Source: Epiperipatus broadwayi
Lineage: Eukaryota > Animalia > Onychophora
Length of the DNA stretch: 64,000 nt
NCBI GenBank assembly: GCA_028023455.1
Contig: JAQFVV010000005.1
Coordinates: 13,640,001 to 13,704,000, forward strand
Direction: 5' to 3'
Position 1 is the first letter of the stretch, and each line of letters opens with the position of its first letter. The notes below the pieces were generated by a model that was not told the DNA's origin, did no database searches, and saw only the letters and a program-made list of their open reading frames with translations. This document shows positions 14,639 through 26,799 of the stretch, piece after piece. The translations under genes and the position numbers were made by a program.

Positions 14639-15453
14639 CTTTATATTATATCATTCTGGTAATGTTTAGCTTATTATTAACAAACATCGAGAATAGTTGG
14701 CATATCTTATTGTAACGGTCATATTTGTACATTCACACAACAAAATCCAGAGTTTTGGCAAATTACACCAAGGCTAATCTAGATGAAAGGTTGAGACCTC
14801 AAATCAGATCGCACATCAGCTCCTCCATGAACCCACCATGACCTACTATCCTATGAATGACATATATGAGGCTATACTCAAAATTTCTTAGTTCGCATGC
14901 TGGCAATAGCAAAGGATGGAACAAGAAACTCAGAGAATATTAACTAAATTACTTAGTAAACACACATACCTATGGCTGGCTAGATAATGCATACATCAAT
15001 AACTAATACTATATTAGAGTAGATTTGGATAAGATTTGGCAATGAATTGCAAATAGCACACTAAAGGTAAGTTTTAAATATTTAATTATAAAATATGATA
15101 AATAATACAAATATAAGAGTGCATTGGGATCTACACACAGTGTCTTAATAGCAATGAGAGCAGGTTCTCAACTTTTTTGCACTTTAAAAGAGTTTATTAC
15201 AATGAAATGTTTATTAGTTTTATCTACGGTCTAGTCATGCCTTAACTATGGTATGCCATTCCTACAAAGTTTGCTAATAGCCAAAAATATATCATGTGAT
15301 TGCAAAGTATTAAAGCTGTAAATATGGTTCTACATATTTGTGCTTCACCTATCGCTAATTATATAACCACCAACACTGATTTGAACCAAACTCATATGAA
15401 ATTAGAACAATATCTAGCAATGGATGATAGCATAAATAAATATATATATATAT

Positions 15454-17526
15454 TGTAATGATCGAAATGAAAGTGAAGATCGAATCTAACCGCGAACTAC
15501 GATATCTGCTCTACAGGGTGCCATCTAGGCATTTAAACCTAGAAAAATTTATATAGAGTAGGCAGATACGCGCTGTTAAGATTCCACTTTATTTAAATAT
15601 TCAGATCGTTAGCCCAAGTCACTAGCTCAGTGGAACAGAAGAGATTATAAAATATAACTTTATATCTTAAATATAAAAAATAAAAGCCACTGCCAGAAAT
15701 TAACACATAAAAATATTTATTTACGCACATATAAAATCATTCTTAATTTGAGGAATAAGTTTAACATTTTAGATTTTTATATTAATCTTTAATTTTACAT
15801 TTAAATAAATTTCAATGATTTTAATATTTTATTTAGATGGTCGAGTATGAATAGACTACATAGATCTGCATTTGAAAAGAAAATATTCTATCCCTTATTT
15901 AACCTTAGGCCAAAAAGTTTGCAGTCAAACTGGCGTCAATCCATCTGATACATTTATGTATTCAATGTAGCATGAAAATACGACAACACAAAATACTATA
16001 CTGTCAGGAATGTACGTCTGAACAGTAAGTAGAGTTAGAGAAGACATTGTCTCTCCACCAACAGGAATGCTGCATCTGTTGGCGAGTAGAACAATAAACA
16101 TAAAACTCCATAGGAATGGATTGCGGTCCTTTGCCATCTTACAAACCCATCCATAGGCAAACAGAAAGTGTGTGGCGTATATATGCAATCCTGCCCGTAG
16201 CGGATCTCATACTACATCTACTAATTACACAAATATATCCAATCCATTGAGCCAATTCAACTACGAAACTAATAACCTAAGATTACCCTCCCTTAAACTA
16301 TATATAACTTTACAAATCTATATAGCGATTCACGCCTGACTTAAATTTCACATTTATTATGTTCGCACAGATGAATTTTATAAAATTTGTTTTAAAATGT
16401 TGAGTATAGATCGGCTGCACAGATTCCATGGTTAAAAACATTCCAAAATAAACATAACCAATCAAAATACAAAGTCATCGATAATGTCAATTGCATAGGG
16501 AATACAAAAAAAACCCAATGGTGTTCATCATAAGACACCGCAGTGACATGATGACTTATATATTCCAATCGACCATGAAACAGCAACATAATTAACCGCT
16601 AACGAATCTATGCAATGTCTATACCCAACTTTAAATTTCATGCATTTAAATAATTTATACGATAAGTATTAATACAAATAAAAAAATAATAAAATGGAAA
16701 TGATTTTTTTTCAAAGCAAAACATATAAAATTTTAAACATTATCAATTGATTTTAAACTTAAAAGTCAGATAGAAATTCATAAGCTTGAACGAAAGTTCT
16801 TAATTATTTTTAAATTTAGAGTTCATGTCAATATAGCTTACGGCAGAAGAGTCCAGGTTCCTCTTTTTTTAATTCCCGTGATGTCTCCATTGGAAAATAA
16901 TGTTCTGGAGGTGGCATTAGCTGGTTCCATTCTGGTATCACAGTCTTTTCTTTTTCTTTAAATAAGTGAGGGAGAACGACAAGTGCGTCTTGTCGTTCGT
17001 CTCCCCAAATCAAGTTGGAAAACAAAACTCACTGGAACTCAATATTTTTCTTTTTATAGTCCTCCTATGGATTCCGTGAACAAAGATGTCACTGTTCCAT
17101 TTTTTTCATTATGGTCCGGGCCTTTATTTGCTTCCATTGGTCAAGCTAAAATCTCTTTCTTCTCTTATCTATTTTTCATCTGACTTTTTAATTACACAGC
17201 TTTTGGATAATTAATAAACAATCATTTCCATTTACAGATTACAGGAATTAATTAATACCTGTTTTTATTTTTACTTACATTATTTCTTTTTTAAACTATT
17301 TTTATATTTAAATCTTTTTTTTTATAAAAAAAAGTACGTTCAAATACCTTTTTTTATTTATATAAAAAAATTTATTTTTAAAGTTTAGCATCTGTGCAAA
17401 TATATACGTTTAACAAACATTTTAATTTTAGCGTTTAGTTTTTTTTTATAATAGATTTTATTTTTATTTGCGAACTTTAAGATTTTATTTTAAATTAATG
17501 TAACGACATATTTATATATCGTTACA
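15454..17526 (-). repeat. 3' LTR (family B), 2073 bp
   Basis: TG...CA termini with a 9-bp imperfect inverted repeat. Colinear with 18071-20070. Confidence 0.8.
17052..17140 (-). promoter_or_regulatory. LTR-B promoter: CCAAT box and TATA box
   Basis: Minus-strand CCAAT (17136-17140) lies ~80 nt upstream of TATAAAA (17052-17058). Both are conserved in the second LTR (19737-19741 and 19649-19655). Confidence 0.5.
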
Positions 17527-18050
17527 TATCAGTAAACTTCCTCAAAAAAATAAAAACATTAAAAAAAAAAAAAAAGAATTTACTTAGTGTTAGTAATTAC
17601 GTTACACAAATTTGTTATATATGAAATTTCAAAAGGACAAAACTTTTTTTTTTTTTTTAAAGACAAAACAGTAATTACAAATATAATGATAAAAAAAAAA
17701 TGTTGACTGATGATTCCTTACTACCAGCTAAATTTCTGCCCCCTCCCTTCCAAGTTTCTTTTCTTCTATTTTTAACTATTACTTACGCAAGTTGAACGAT
17801 TAGATTTTAATTTAAACAAGACTTTTTTTAAAAAAAAATTATGATTTATATTTATTATTACGTTTTATTTATTACTTTTTATTCCTCGAATTTATCTTTA
17901 CATATGCACAATTTTTCTTACTGGCAGTACCTTTAAGACAAAATTTCAAACTGTAACTCCACGTTAATACAACAAATATATTTATACTAATCTCAGTAAA
18001 AATATTACAGGCATGATACACTTTTAAAATTCTCAGGGCATTCGTGATCA

Positions 18051-18068
18051 GCCCAAGTTGGGTAGCCA
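18051..18068 (-). promoter_or_regulatory. Primer-binding-site-like sequence (tRNA-Lys-like)
   Basis: Minus strand reads TGGCTACCCAACTTGGGC starting 2 nt inside the LTR. It resembles the tRNA-Lys(CUU) PBS TGGCGCCCAACGTGGGGC. Confidence 0.55.
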
Positions 18069-18070
18069 GT

Positions 18071-20070
18071 TGTAATGATCGAAATGCAAGTGAAGATCAA
18101 ATCTAACCGCAAACTACGATATCTGCTCTACAGGGCAACCATCTAGGCAGTTAAACCTAGAAAAATTTATAGAGTAGGCAGATACGCACTGTTAAGATTT
18201 CACTTTATTTAAATATTTAGATCGTTAGCCCAAGTCACTAGCTCAGTGGAACAGCAGAGATTATAAAATATAACTTTATATCTCAAATATAAAAAAAATA
18301 AAAGCCACTGCCAGAAATTAACGCATAAAAATATTTATTTACGCACACATAAAATCATTCTAATTTGAGGAATAAGTTTAACATTTTAGATGTTTATATT
18401 AATCTTTAATTTTAAATTTAAATAGATTTCAATAATGAGTTTAATATTTATTTAGTGAGTCGAGTATGAATAGACTATATAGATTGTATTTGAAAAGAAA
18501 AAATATTCTATCCTTTATTTAAACTTAGGCCAAAAAGTTCGCAGTCAAACTGGTGTCAATCCATCTGATACATTTATGTATTCAATGTAGCATGAAAATA
18601 CGACAACACAAAATACTATACTGTCAGGAATGTACATCTGAACAGTAAGTAGAGTTAGAGAAGACATTGTCTCTCCACCAACAGGAATGCTATATCTGTT
18701 GGCAAGTAGAACAATAAACATAAAACTCCATAGGAATGGATTGCGGTCCTTTGCCATCTTACAAACCCATCCATAGGCAAACAGAAGGTGAGTGGCGTAT
18801 ATATGCAATCCTGCCCATAGCGGATCTCATACTACATCTACTAATTACACAAATATATCCAATCCATTGAGCCAATTCAGCTATGAAACAAATAACCTAA
18901 GATTACCCTCCCTTAATATAACTTTACAAAACTATATAGCCATTCTCGCCTGACTTAAATTTAACATTTAAATACGTTCGCACAGATGAATTTTATAAAA
19001 TTTGTTTTAAATGTTGAGTATAGATTGGCTGCACAGATTCCATGGTTAAAAACATTTCAAAATAAACATAACCGATCAAAATACAAAGTCATCGATAATG
19101 TCAATTGCATAGGGAATACAAAAAAAACCCAATGGTGTTCATCATAAGACACCGCAGTGACATGATGACTTATATATTCCAATCGACTATGAAACAGCAA
19201 CATAATTAACCGCTAACGAATCTATGCAACGTCTATACCCAACTTTAAATTTCATGCATTTAAATAATTTATATGATAAGTATTAATACAATAAGAAAAA
19301 AAATGGAAATGATGTTCATCAACGCAAAACATATAAATTTAAACATTTTCAATTGATTTTAAACTTAAAAGTCAGATATAAGTTCATAAGCTTGAACGAA
19401 AGTTCTTAATTATTTTTAAATTTTAGAGTTCATGTCAATAGCTTACAGTAGAAGAAATCACTGCTCTTGATGTAAATTTCCACGGAGTCTTTATTTGAAA
19501 ACCCGGTCAGATGTTCCGGAGGTAGCATTAGCTGGTTCATTTTGGTATCACAGTCAGTTCATTTTTTAAAATAGAGTGTGATATGTGCATCCTATCACCG
19601 ACCCTCAAAAACAAACCAGAAAAACTCACTGGAACTCAATATTTTTCTTTTTATAGTCCTCCTACGGATTCCATAAACAAAGACGTCACAGTTCCATTTT
19701 TTCGTTATGGTCCGGGCCTTTATTTGCTGCTTCTATATTGGACAAGCTAATTCTTTATTCCTTATCTAATTTTGATCTGACTTTTTAATTACAAAGCTTT
19801 TGGATAATTAATAAACAATCATTTCCATCTACAAAAATATTTTATCTTTAAGTCTTGTACTTTTTTTATAAAAAAGTACGTTCAAATACTTATTTATTTG
19901 TTTTTTAAAAAATATTTTTAAAGTTTTGAATCTGTGCGAATATATACGTTTAACAAACATTTTAATTTTAGCATTTAGTTGTTTTTTTTTTTAATAGATT
20001 TTATTTTTATTTGCGAACTTTTAAGATTTTATTTTAAATTAATGTAATGGCATATTTATATATCGTTACA
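18071..20070 (-). repeat. 5' LTR (family B), 2000 bp
   Basis: Colinear duplicate of 15454-17526, followed on the minus strand by a PBS-like sequence after a 2-nt spacer. Confidence 0.8.
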
Positions 20071-23000
20071 ATATATATATATATTGTACCGCTAATGAAC
20101 AGCATTACATGTCTGTAATTTTATTTAAAAAAAAAAAAAATTAAGATAAAATAATTTATAAGCAGTTTAAAGATTTAGTGAAAAAAAAAAGGGTTCTTTA
20201 AAGAGTTAATAAAGAGAAGTTTCACATAGAAATTTGAAGTTTTTTTTAAAAAAAACAAAACAGTTTGCCAAAAGACAAAATGCTGCATCATTCATAAAGT
20301 TTTATGAATTAAAGAGTAATTAGAGGGAGGGGGGTAGAGAAAATTTAACTTAGTGAATTTAAAAGGAAAACTTAAAAATTAAAAATCACTCTCTTATCAT
20401 TTACTTAAGAATGAGGGATGCGTGTGTTGATTTTAAATATGCGTTAAAATGTGTATATATATGTGCGTATAAAATAATATTGAATAAAAAAAAAAAGAAA
20501 ATAAAGTTTGTAACATAAAAGTTAAGTTAAATTCAAAAATTGCTCGACTGATAAGCCAAGATGGAATGGGAATAATTAATTAGCAATGACTACAAATAAA
20601 GAATGGGAATAATTAAAAAGTTATGTTATCCACAGTCAGATTAATTGAAGAAAGAATGTGAACAAATAAACAATGAAAATTTAATTAATTTAAATGTTAA
20701 TCAAGCTGATTTGGAATGATAAGAACAATAGTAAAGCCACAAATAAATATGCATTAAAAAAAACTAGTCATCATCAGATCTTTAACAGTGTTATTCCAGT
20801 CTGTGCAAATAAATTTATTTTTGTGAATACCAAGAAGACATGCATTGCTAATCAGAAGTGAACGTATGCTGCTGTACTCCAGTCTCTGACCACCCTAGAA
20901 TATCTGAAGGTCTCATTAGTCGCAATAAATATCTAACAACCCCTGGGCCATTTGAACATTTGTCTTCTGGATTGAAATGCAGCAAGGAACTACATTCATC
21001 AGCAATCCAAATTCCAACCGATTGCTACAACATGCATCATAAGAAGAAGCAGCCATCTATCCAAAGTAATGCATATCTGAAAAACCTATAGGTAATATTA
21101 AATTATTCCCATTCCTAATATGTCAGTAATTTATTATTGTAGCCATTGCACGTGAACAGAAATGAATTTAACCAGCATAAAATGAACTATTTATGTGCTG
21201 GTTAATGTAATAAACTGATAATCCTAGAACTTGTCAAATCAAACAAACCAACAGCTTATATGACAGAACATTTGGGCATGGTATATGTTTTAATGCTTGT
21301 TTATTTAATGTTTTATGTTCATTATGTGTGTGCCCGGGATATTATGTAATTATTATTTTATTCAAGAAAGAGATGACTTAGCTCTAATTAATTTTAAAGT
21401 ATTTAGAATAAATTATTTTTAGAAATTAGTATTTGTCGGTCAATTCTTTTACTAATACCACTAATTTAAAGCAGTTTATTATATTATTTTTTTGATAGAG
21501 CTAGTTGAGATATTCAGGTGCTGAACTAGTGGCTGTCATCCAGAGCGTGTTAGCTATTTCTTGTAAATAACTGGCTCCTGAAGTTTACTTCAAAACAAAG
21601 TGCTTTAAATGACAGGTTTGAATTCAGCAGAGGGAGAAGTTCTGTAGCTTAGAAATGTGGCTGTAGATTATACCTGATATAATATCAGTCTAGCTATAGG
21701 TACCCTGTATTATGCTTCTCTACCTGAGGGGCCAATGCAAATACTAAATTGCAGCAGGAGTAGATCGAATTTATAATAAATAATTTTGTCATATTTTTAT
21801 ATCTAAAAAGAAGTCAACGTTTTTCACAATTCTATTTTATTAAAGAGTAAAAATTTTTATTCTATATTTTTAATATTTTAAATATTTATAGTAAATTAAT
21901 TATAAAAGGGATATTTGGTTTTTTTTATAAATATAAAGGTTTAATTTTCTTTATGCCCATTTAATTAGTGTATATGTAGGATAAATGAATAATCTTATAT
22001 ATATATTGTAAATAAATTTTTTTACTAATTTATATAAAATTAAATCAACATTTAAGAATCATAATGCAATCAGTAGACCTTGAAATTTTAGCAAATCATT
22101 GTATCATTCAATAGTTATATTCATTGGGCTAATTGATGAATCTTTTTATTCCATATATGGAGATGTAGGTCAATTTAAGATATAACCAGGTATACTGATT
22201 TTAAAACAATGGCTGGCTAAAATTTGATTAGATTAAAATCTAAACATGGAAACAAAGGATTATGTCCTTCTACTAGATACATGCAAAATGAATGTCTTAC
22301 CTCAGGGCAGTATTCTTTAAATAGTTGAATTAAATATAAATAGCTATAAGTTGGGCCATCTAAAAAATCTTGTTCTAAGTCTTATCACGGAGTGCTATCA
22401 TACTTTATGTTTGTTTAATTGGTGAAATAACTAATGTCGAAGTAAAAGAAGTGACCATTTGCTTCCCCATGCCTCTGGAAATCTCATCTCCCATTCATGA
22501 TGCTGAAGCCTGAAACATCTAGGCTGTATGTGAACTGTTCAAAGATGCTTGCCTGAGAGTGGACTATAAATCTTTATCAATGCCTGTTTCCAACCAAACC
22601 ATTCCTCTGAGCACAATCCGCCGATCACCTGCATAATGTCAACAAGTTGGCAAAGGTAAAATGTCTACACTGCCGTCAACTATTGAACTCTTAATGAATC
22701 TAACTTTTATTTAAAATTAAATTGCAATCCTTTTCTTGTTATATTTAATTCTTGAAATCTATTTTGTAAAATGTTAACTAGTGTCTATACAAATTTCTTT
22801 TAAATCTGTTACGTTTTTTTTATTTGGTGTGGTAATTTAGATTGAATTTTATTTTCTTAGTTTGTATTTTAGATTTATTGTTAATATGCCAATTCGATAT
22901 CCATCCCAGTGAGTAAATTTAACCCCACTGCCTTTAGTTTCTCCTATTAAATTGTTGATGTAAATTTCTTTAATATTTATTAGTGTAAACTCGCTTAGTT

Positions 23001-23249
23001 GTATAGCAATTTATTTATATAATGTTTACCCTTTAGATGAATGGAAAGCTTTAATATGTTTATACTGAGATGCCCTCATTAATTAGAAATTAAATCCTTA
23101 TCTAACCATTGAAATCTGTTTTGCCAATTTATTTAATTAAATCTCACCAAAAGTGAGTGTAATATTTAATGTATTATCTGGCTATATATCGATGATTTTA
23201 TTTTTGTAATTACGCCAACTTACATATGCATTAATCACTTATAGAAATG

Positions 23250-24100
23250 TAACAAGATATTTTAATTGCCCAGGAATGGTTTGTGTTTAGGCATTCCATT
23301 ACACAGGAGAGCAAATTATTTTAAATAGGTATTAATGAATTTGTCGTAGATGTTAATGACGCAAATTATATATGCTTAGACGTTATGAAAGTCTCGTTAC
23401 AATCATTGATTTTCTTGCTTTGCCATATACTTTGGGATTTTTGGAATGCCTGGACACAATCCTCATCACCCCTCTCAAAGTAGATGCTTTTCCTACTAAG
23501 GATCTCTTCCAGGCACTTCTAATAGATATGTGGATGGTAATATACAGATAAACTATCCCAACATGCTAGCTTGTGCTATCATTGTTCTTCAGAGATATGT
23601 TCTTGGCTGTTGTGCAGACATATTCTCACTCTTGTGCCATTATCCTTCAGAGCAATGACCTTGGCCCTCATGCAGGCACACTCTCTCATGCAAATATGAC
23701 AAAGCCACCCAAGAGTCCCAAGTGACTTCATTCCGGTATGTGATTGTAACTTATAACATAATACCACCTTTATTATTGATTTATTTATAAACCTGCAATG
23801 CTCTCTGTCAGCCATAATTGCATGTTTTTCACCACTCATTCTATTTAATTCTGTAGAACAGATTATGCAATTACAGCTTCTTTTAGGCTGAACCATCTTA
23901 CTCCCACTATGAGGTGATCTCCCAAATCTGAGAAATATGATCGTGCATGCTCTTGAAGTCACACATCATTAACTCTTACTTATATGTATAATGTCATAAT
24001 CAAATCCATTAGTGTGAAATTTGTAAAGTTTGGGTAATATAATTTATTGATTACCTAACCAATTTATTCCATAACCTTGGCATATTAACCATATAAACCA
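23250..24100 (-). pseudogene. Highly degenerate non-LTR reverse transcriptase remnant (tentative)
   Basis: Minus-strand translation gives CDFKSMHDHISQ (resembles LDFxxAFDxIS) and KRSLVGKASTLRGV (resembles LSLLGKVALL of the Tx1 ORF2 in this window). Many stops. Confidence 0.3.
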
Positions 24101-24270
24101 ATCTATATTAAACCACACCAACCAATTTTATATGTATATTAACCACACCAAACAATTTTAACTTAAATATATTAACCGCACAAATTAACTTTTATATAAA
24201 TCCATTTACTTCTGTTTCTAATCACGACTCAATCCTTTTTTCTTTTCAAAAATATACAGTACATATAGCC

Positions 24271-25410
24271 ATATAATTCTATAATTAAAAATCACTTCTT
24301 TTCTTTTCAAAAACTTTATTTGATGTATATATATATCCACTTATTTCCAACGTTTCGACTATCTTTACTCTATAGTCATTTTCAAGGATCTAGAAAAAAC
24401 ATTACATTATAAACAAACTTCACATAATAAAAACAAAAATAATCAAAAACAATATAAAGCATATAAACCCCATAAAATTTAAAAATAAATAAAATACATT
24501 AAAATCAATTTAATTAAAAACACAAAACATACACCACACTTACTTGACTCCCTTCTCAAAAAACTTTCCCTTTTTACATTTTTTATCCAAAAAACCAATT
24601 GTTACAATAAAAAACTTATTTCCTTTTTCTTTCTTATATACTTCAAAAATGAATTTATTTCCAAAAATAATTCTTTATTCATGTCTTATCCAATTCTATT
24701 TAAAACAGGTTTATATCTTTTTATATATAAACTCTCTTTTACCATTCTTTCTTTATACAATCTAACCCCCTCCAACATTTTAATCTTAAAATCTGTATGT
24801 CCAATTTCCTTACTATGTATATTGAAACAGCATTTGAGAGATAGGAATTCTAATGTAAATATACATAGTAAGGAAATTGGACATACAGATTTTAAGATTA
24901 AAATGTTGGAGGGGGTTAGATTGTATAAAGAAAGAATGGTAAAAGAGAGTTTATATATAAAAAGATATAAACCTGTTTTAAATAGAATTGGATAAGACAT
25001 GAATAAAGAATTATTTTTGGAAATAAATTCATTTTTGAAGTATATAAGAAAGAAAAAGGAAATAAGTTTTTTATTGTAACAATTGGTTTTTTGGATAAAA
25101 AATGTAAAAAGGGAAAGTTTTTTGAGAAGGGAGTCAAGTAAGTGTGGTGTATGTTTTGTGTTTTTAATTTAATTGATTTTAATGTATTTTATTTATTTTT
25201 AAATTTTATGGGGTTTATATGCTTTATATTGTTTTTGATTATTTTTGTTTTTATTATGTGAAGTTTGTTTATAATGTAATGTTTTTTCTAGATCCTTGAA
25301 AATGACTATAGAGTAAAGATAGTCGAAACGTTGGAAATAAGTGGATATATATATACATCAAATAAAGTTTTTGAAAAGAAAAGAAGTGATTTTTAATTAT
25401 AGAATTATAT
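24271..25410. mobile_element. Penelope-like element family A: head-to-head inverted duplication of the 3' end (GIY-YIG C-terminus plus pLTR)
   Basis: Arms 24271-24823 and 24858-25410 (553 bp, 1 mismatch found, at 25170) with a 34-bp spacer. The + frame reads LKQHLRDRNSNVNIHSKEIGHTDFKIKMLEGVRLYKERMVKESLYIKRYKPVLNR, typical of a PLE GIY-YIG endonuclease C-terminus. Confidence 0.88.
25291..25334 (+). ncRNA. Minimal type-I hammerhead ribozyme-like motif, U3-A8 core variant (mirror copy 24347-24390 on minus strand)
   Basis: tcc|TTGAAAA|t|gactat-agagtaaag-atagtc|GAAA|cgt|t|gga: perfect 6-bp stem II, palindromic ACGT stem III, 3-bp stem I. Located in the PLE pLTR, where hammerheads are expected. 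Confidence 0.6.
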
Positions 25411-26726
25411 AACTTTTATATGTATAACCAAATATTTTATTTATGTATATAACTTCAAATGATTTATTTAATTAATCCAGATGCCTAATTACAAATCAAA
25501 TCCTCAATAAATTGGTAATAAGAATTGTATAGACATTCCACATATACCTTTCATTTCAATTATAACCATTAAGCTACCATTTAATCATATAATAAATTAA
25601 TGTTATGTCATTTCTCTGTATTATCATACTTGTCATTTATTGCCTGAACTTCTAGTCTTAATTATTTGATTGTTATATTGTTCCCTAATTGAATGAAATT
25701 TTCTTTAGTATTAATTAAATCCCTTCTATTCAGGGTTGCCTTGAATATTATTACACCTCTGAATATTAATTAAAAATTAAGCAAATAGTCTGCACCATTT
25801 TGTAGGAATTATTAATCATTTGAATGCGTTATTGATTTCCAAGTCTCTATGCTCACCCTGTTGTCATTGCTGGGATCCGAGTTAATGGGAAACTTGTTGT
25901 ATCCTCAAAAGTGTTGCTGATATAGTCATAGACCCTGGGGCACAGGCAAATAGGTTAATGTTTAGTATTGTTCCTGACTTATGTATCTTGCACATGCTAT
26001 ATTGATGTACTTTTGCTTGGATTCTAGGTCTTGTTGAATGAACACACGATTTTGACTGGTACAATATGCTGGGATTTTCAGAAAAGTGCTAATAAACATT
26101 TTTTTTATAAAGAAACAAAAGTACAAAAAAAATACATATTAATTATTAGACTTCTTATTACGTTTTTATTTATCCTGACTCTTATCAGAAAACATCTAGA
26201 CAATAACTGAATAGTTCAAAGTATTCCAAAAAAAAAAAATGCGTTGATAAAAAAACATGTTTTCACGTATACTCGCAGAAATTATTTTCTTTCAATTTGA
26301 CATCACAACATTACACATTTATTGAGGGTGTGAAAAGGCCTATCTTCCCTACATTGCAGCTTTAATATTAACTTACCTAATTATCAATAAACAATAACCA
26401 AAATCCATTGATCATTGATTTTGTTAAGATCACGTTATTTATCTTATAAGAATAGCTTCTCACATAATGGTAATTATTAATTAGCTGACTGATTAATTAA
26501 CTAATTAACTGGCTAATTGTGAATCTATTAATCAATTAATTGTAGCTCTTAAAAAAAATGAAAGGGAGAGAACACTGCTGGGACCTACTTTCAAATTGAC
26601 TCATTCTTCTCACTGCAATGTAATTGTTAAATATACACAATTATGAAACTCCAACTAGTTTTATCAGAAGGAAACAAAAACTTGTAATATTGGTTTGTTA
26701 GCATCATAAATACTATGTATGTATAT

Positions 26727-26740
26727 GCCACTAGATGGCG
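26727..26740 (+). promoter_or_regulatory. CTCF-consensus-like motif
   Basis: GCCACTAGATGGCG matches the CCAC/GNAGRKGGCR consensus. Motif match only. Confidence 0.3.
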
Positions 26741-26799
26741 TTTATTGCTGAGCATCACAGCATTTCAAGAGATAATAGAAATCCAAGAATCTACAAAAA

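Larger units (their letters stand above)
15454..20070 (-). mobile_element. Non-autonomous LTR element: two ~2 kb LTRs with a 544-bp non-coding interior
   Basis: Direct repeats 15454-17526 and 18071-20070, each TGTAATGAT...ATCGTTACA. ATAT lies on both outer sides (possible 4-bp TSD, but inside a TA microsatellite). PBS-like sequence and TATA/CCAAT boxes all point to minus-strand polarity. Confidence 0.8.

Noticed and set aside
15925-18808. Near-identical 87-aa ORFs at 15925-16188 and 18545-18808
   Set aside because: The similarity is explained by the LTR duplication. There is no recognisable domain and no evidence of coding constraint.
20858-21091. GC-richer island with a 77-aa ORF as a host exon
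   Set aside because: All minus-strand frames after the candidate acceptor contain stops, and no domain is recognisable on either strand.
21168-21205. Short hairpin ttaaccagca...tgctggttaa
   Set aside because: An isolated 10-bp stem in AT-rich DNA with no context and no second copy seen.
24544-25137. Mirror 73-aa and 104-aa ORFs on opposite strands
   Set aside because: These are by-products of the palindrome. Only the GIY-YIG-like C-terminal half of the 104-aa frame is meaningful.
25700-26080. CAPGSMTISATLL as a continuation of the degenerate minus-strand RT
   Set aside because: Only a vague resemblance to the APGPDG motif, too weak to call without a profile search.
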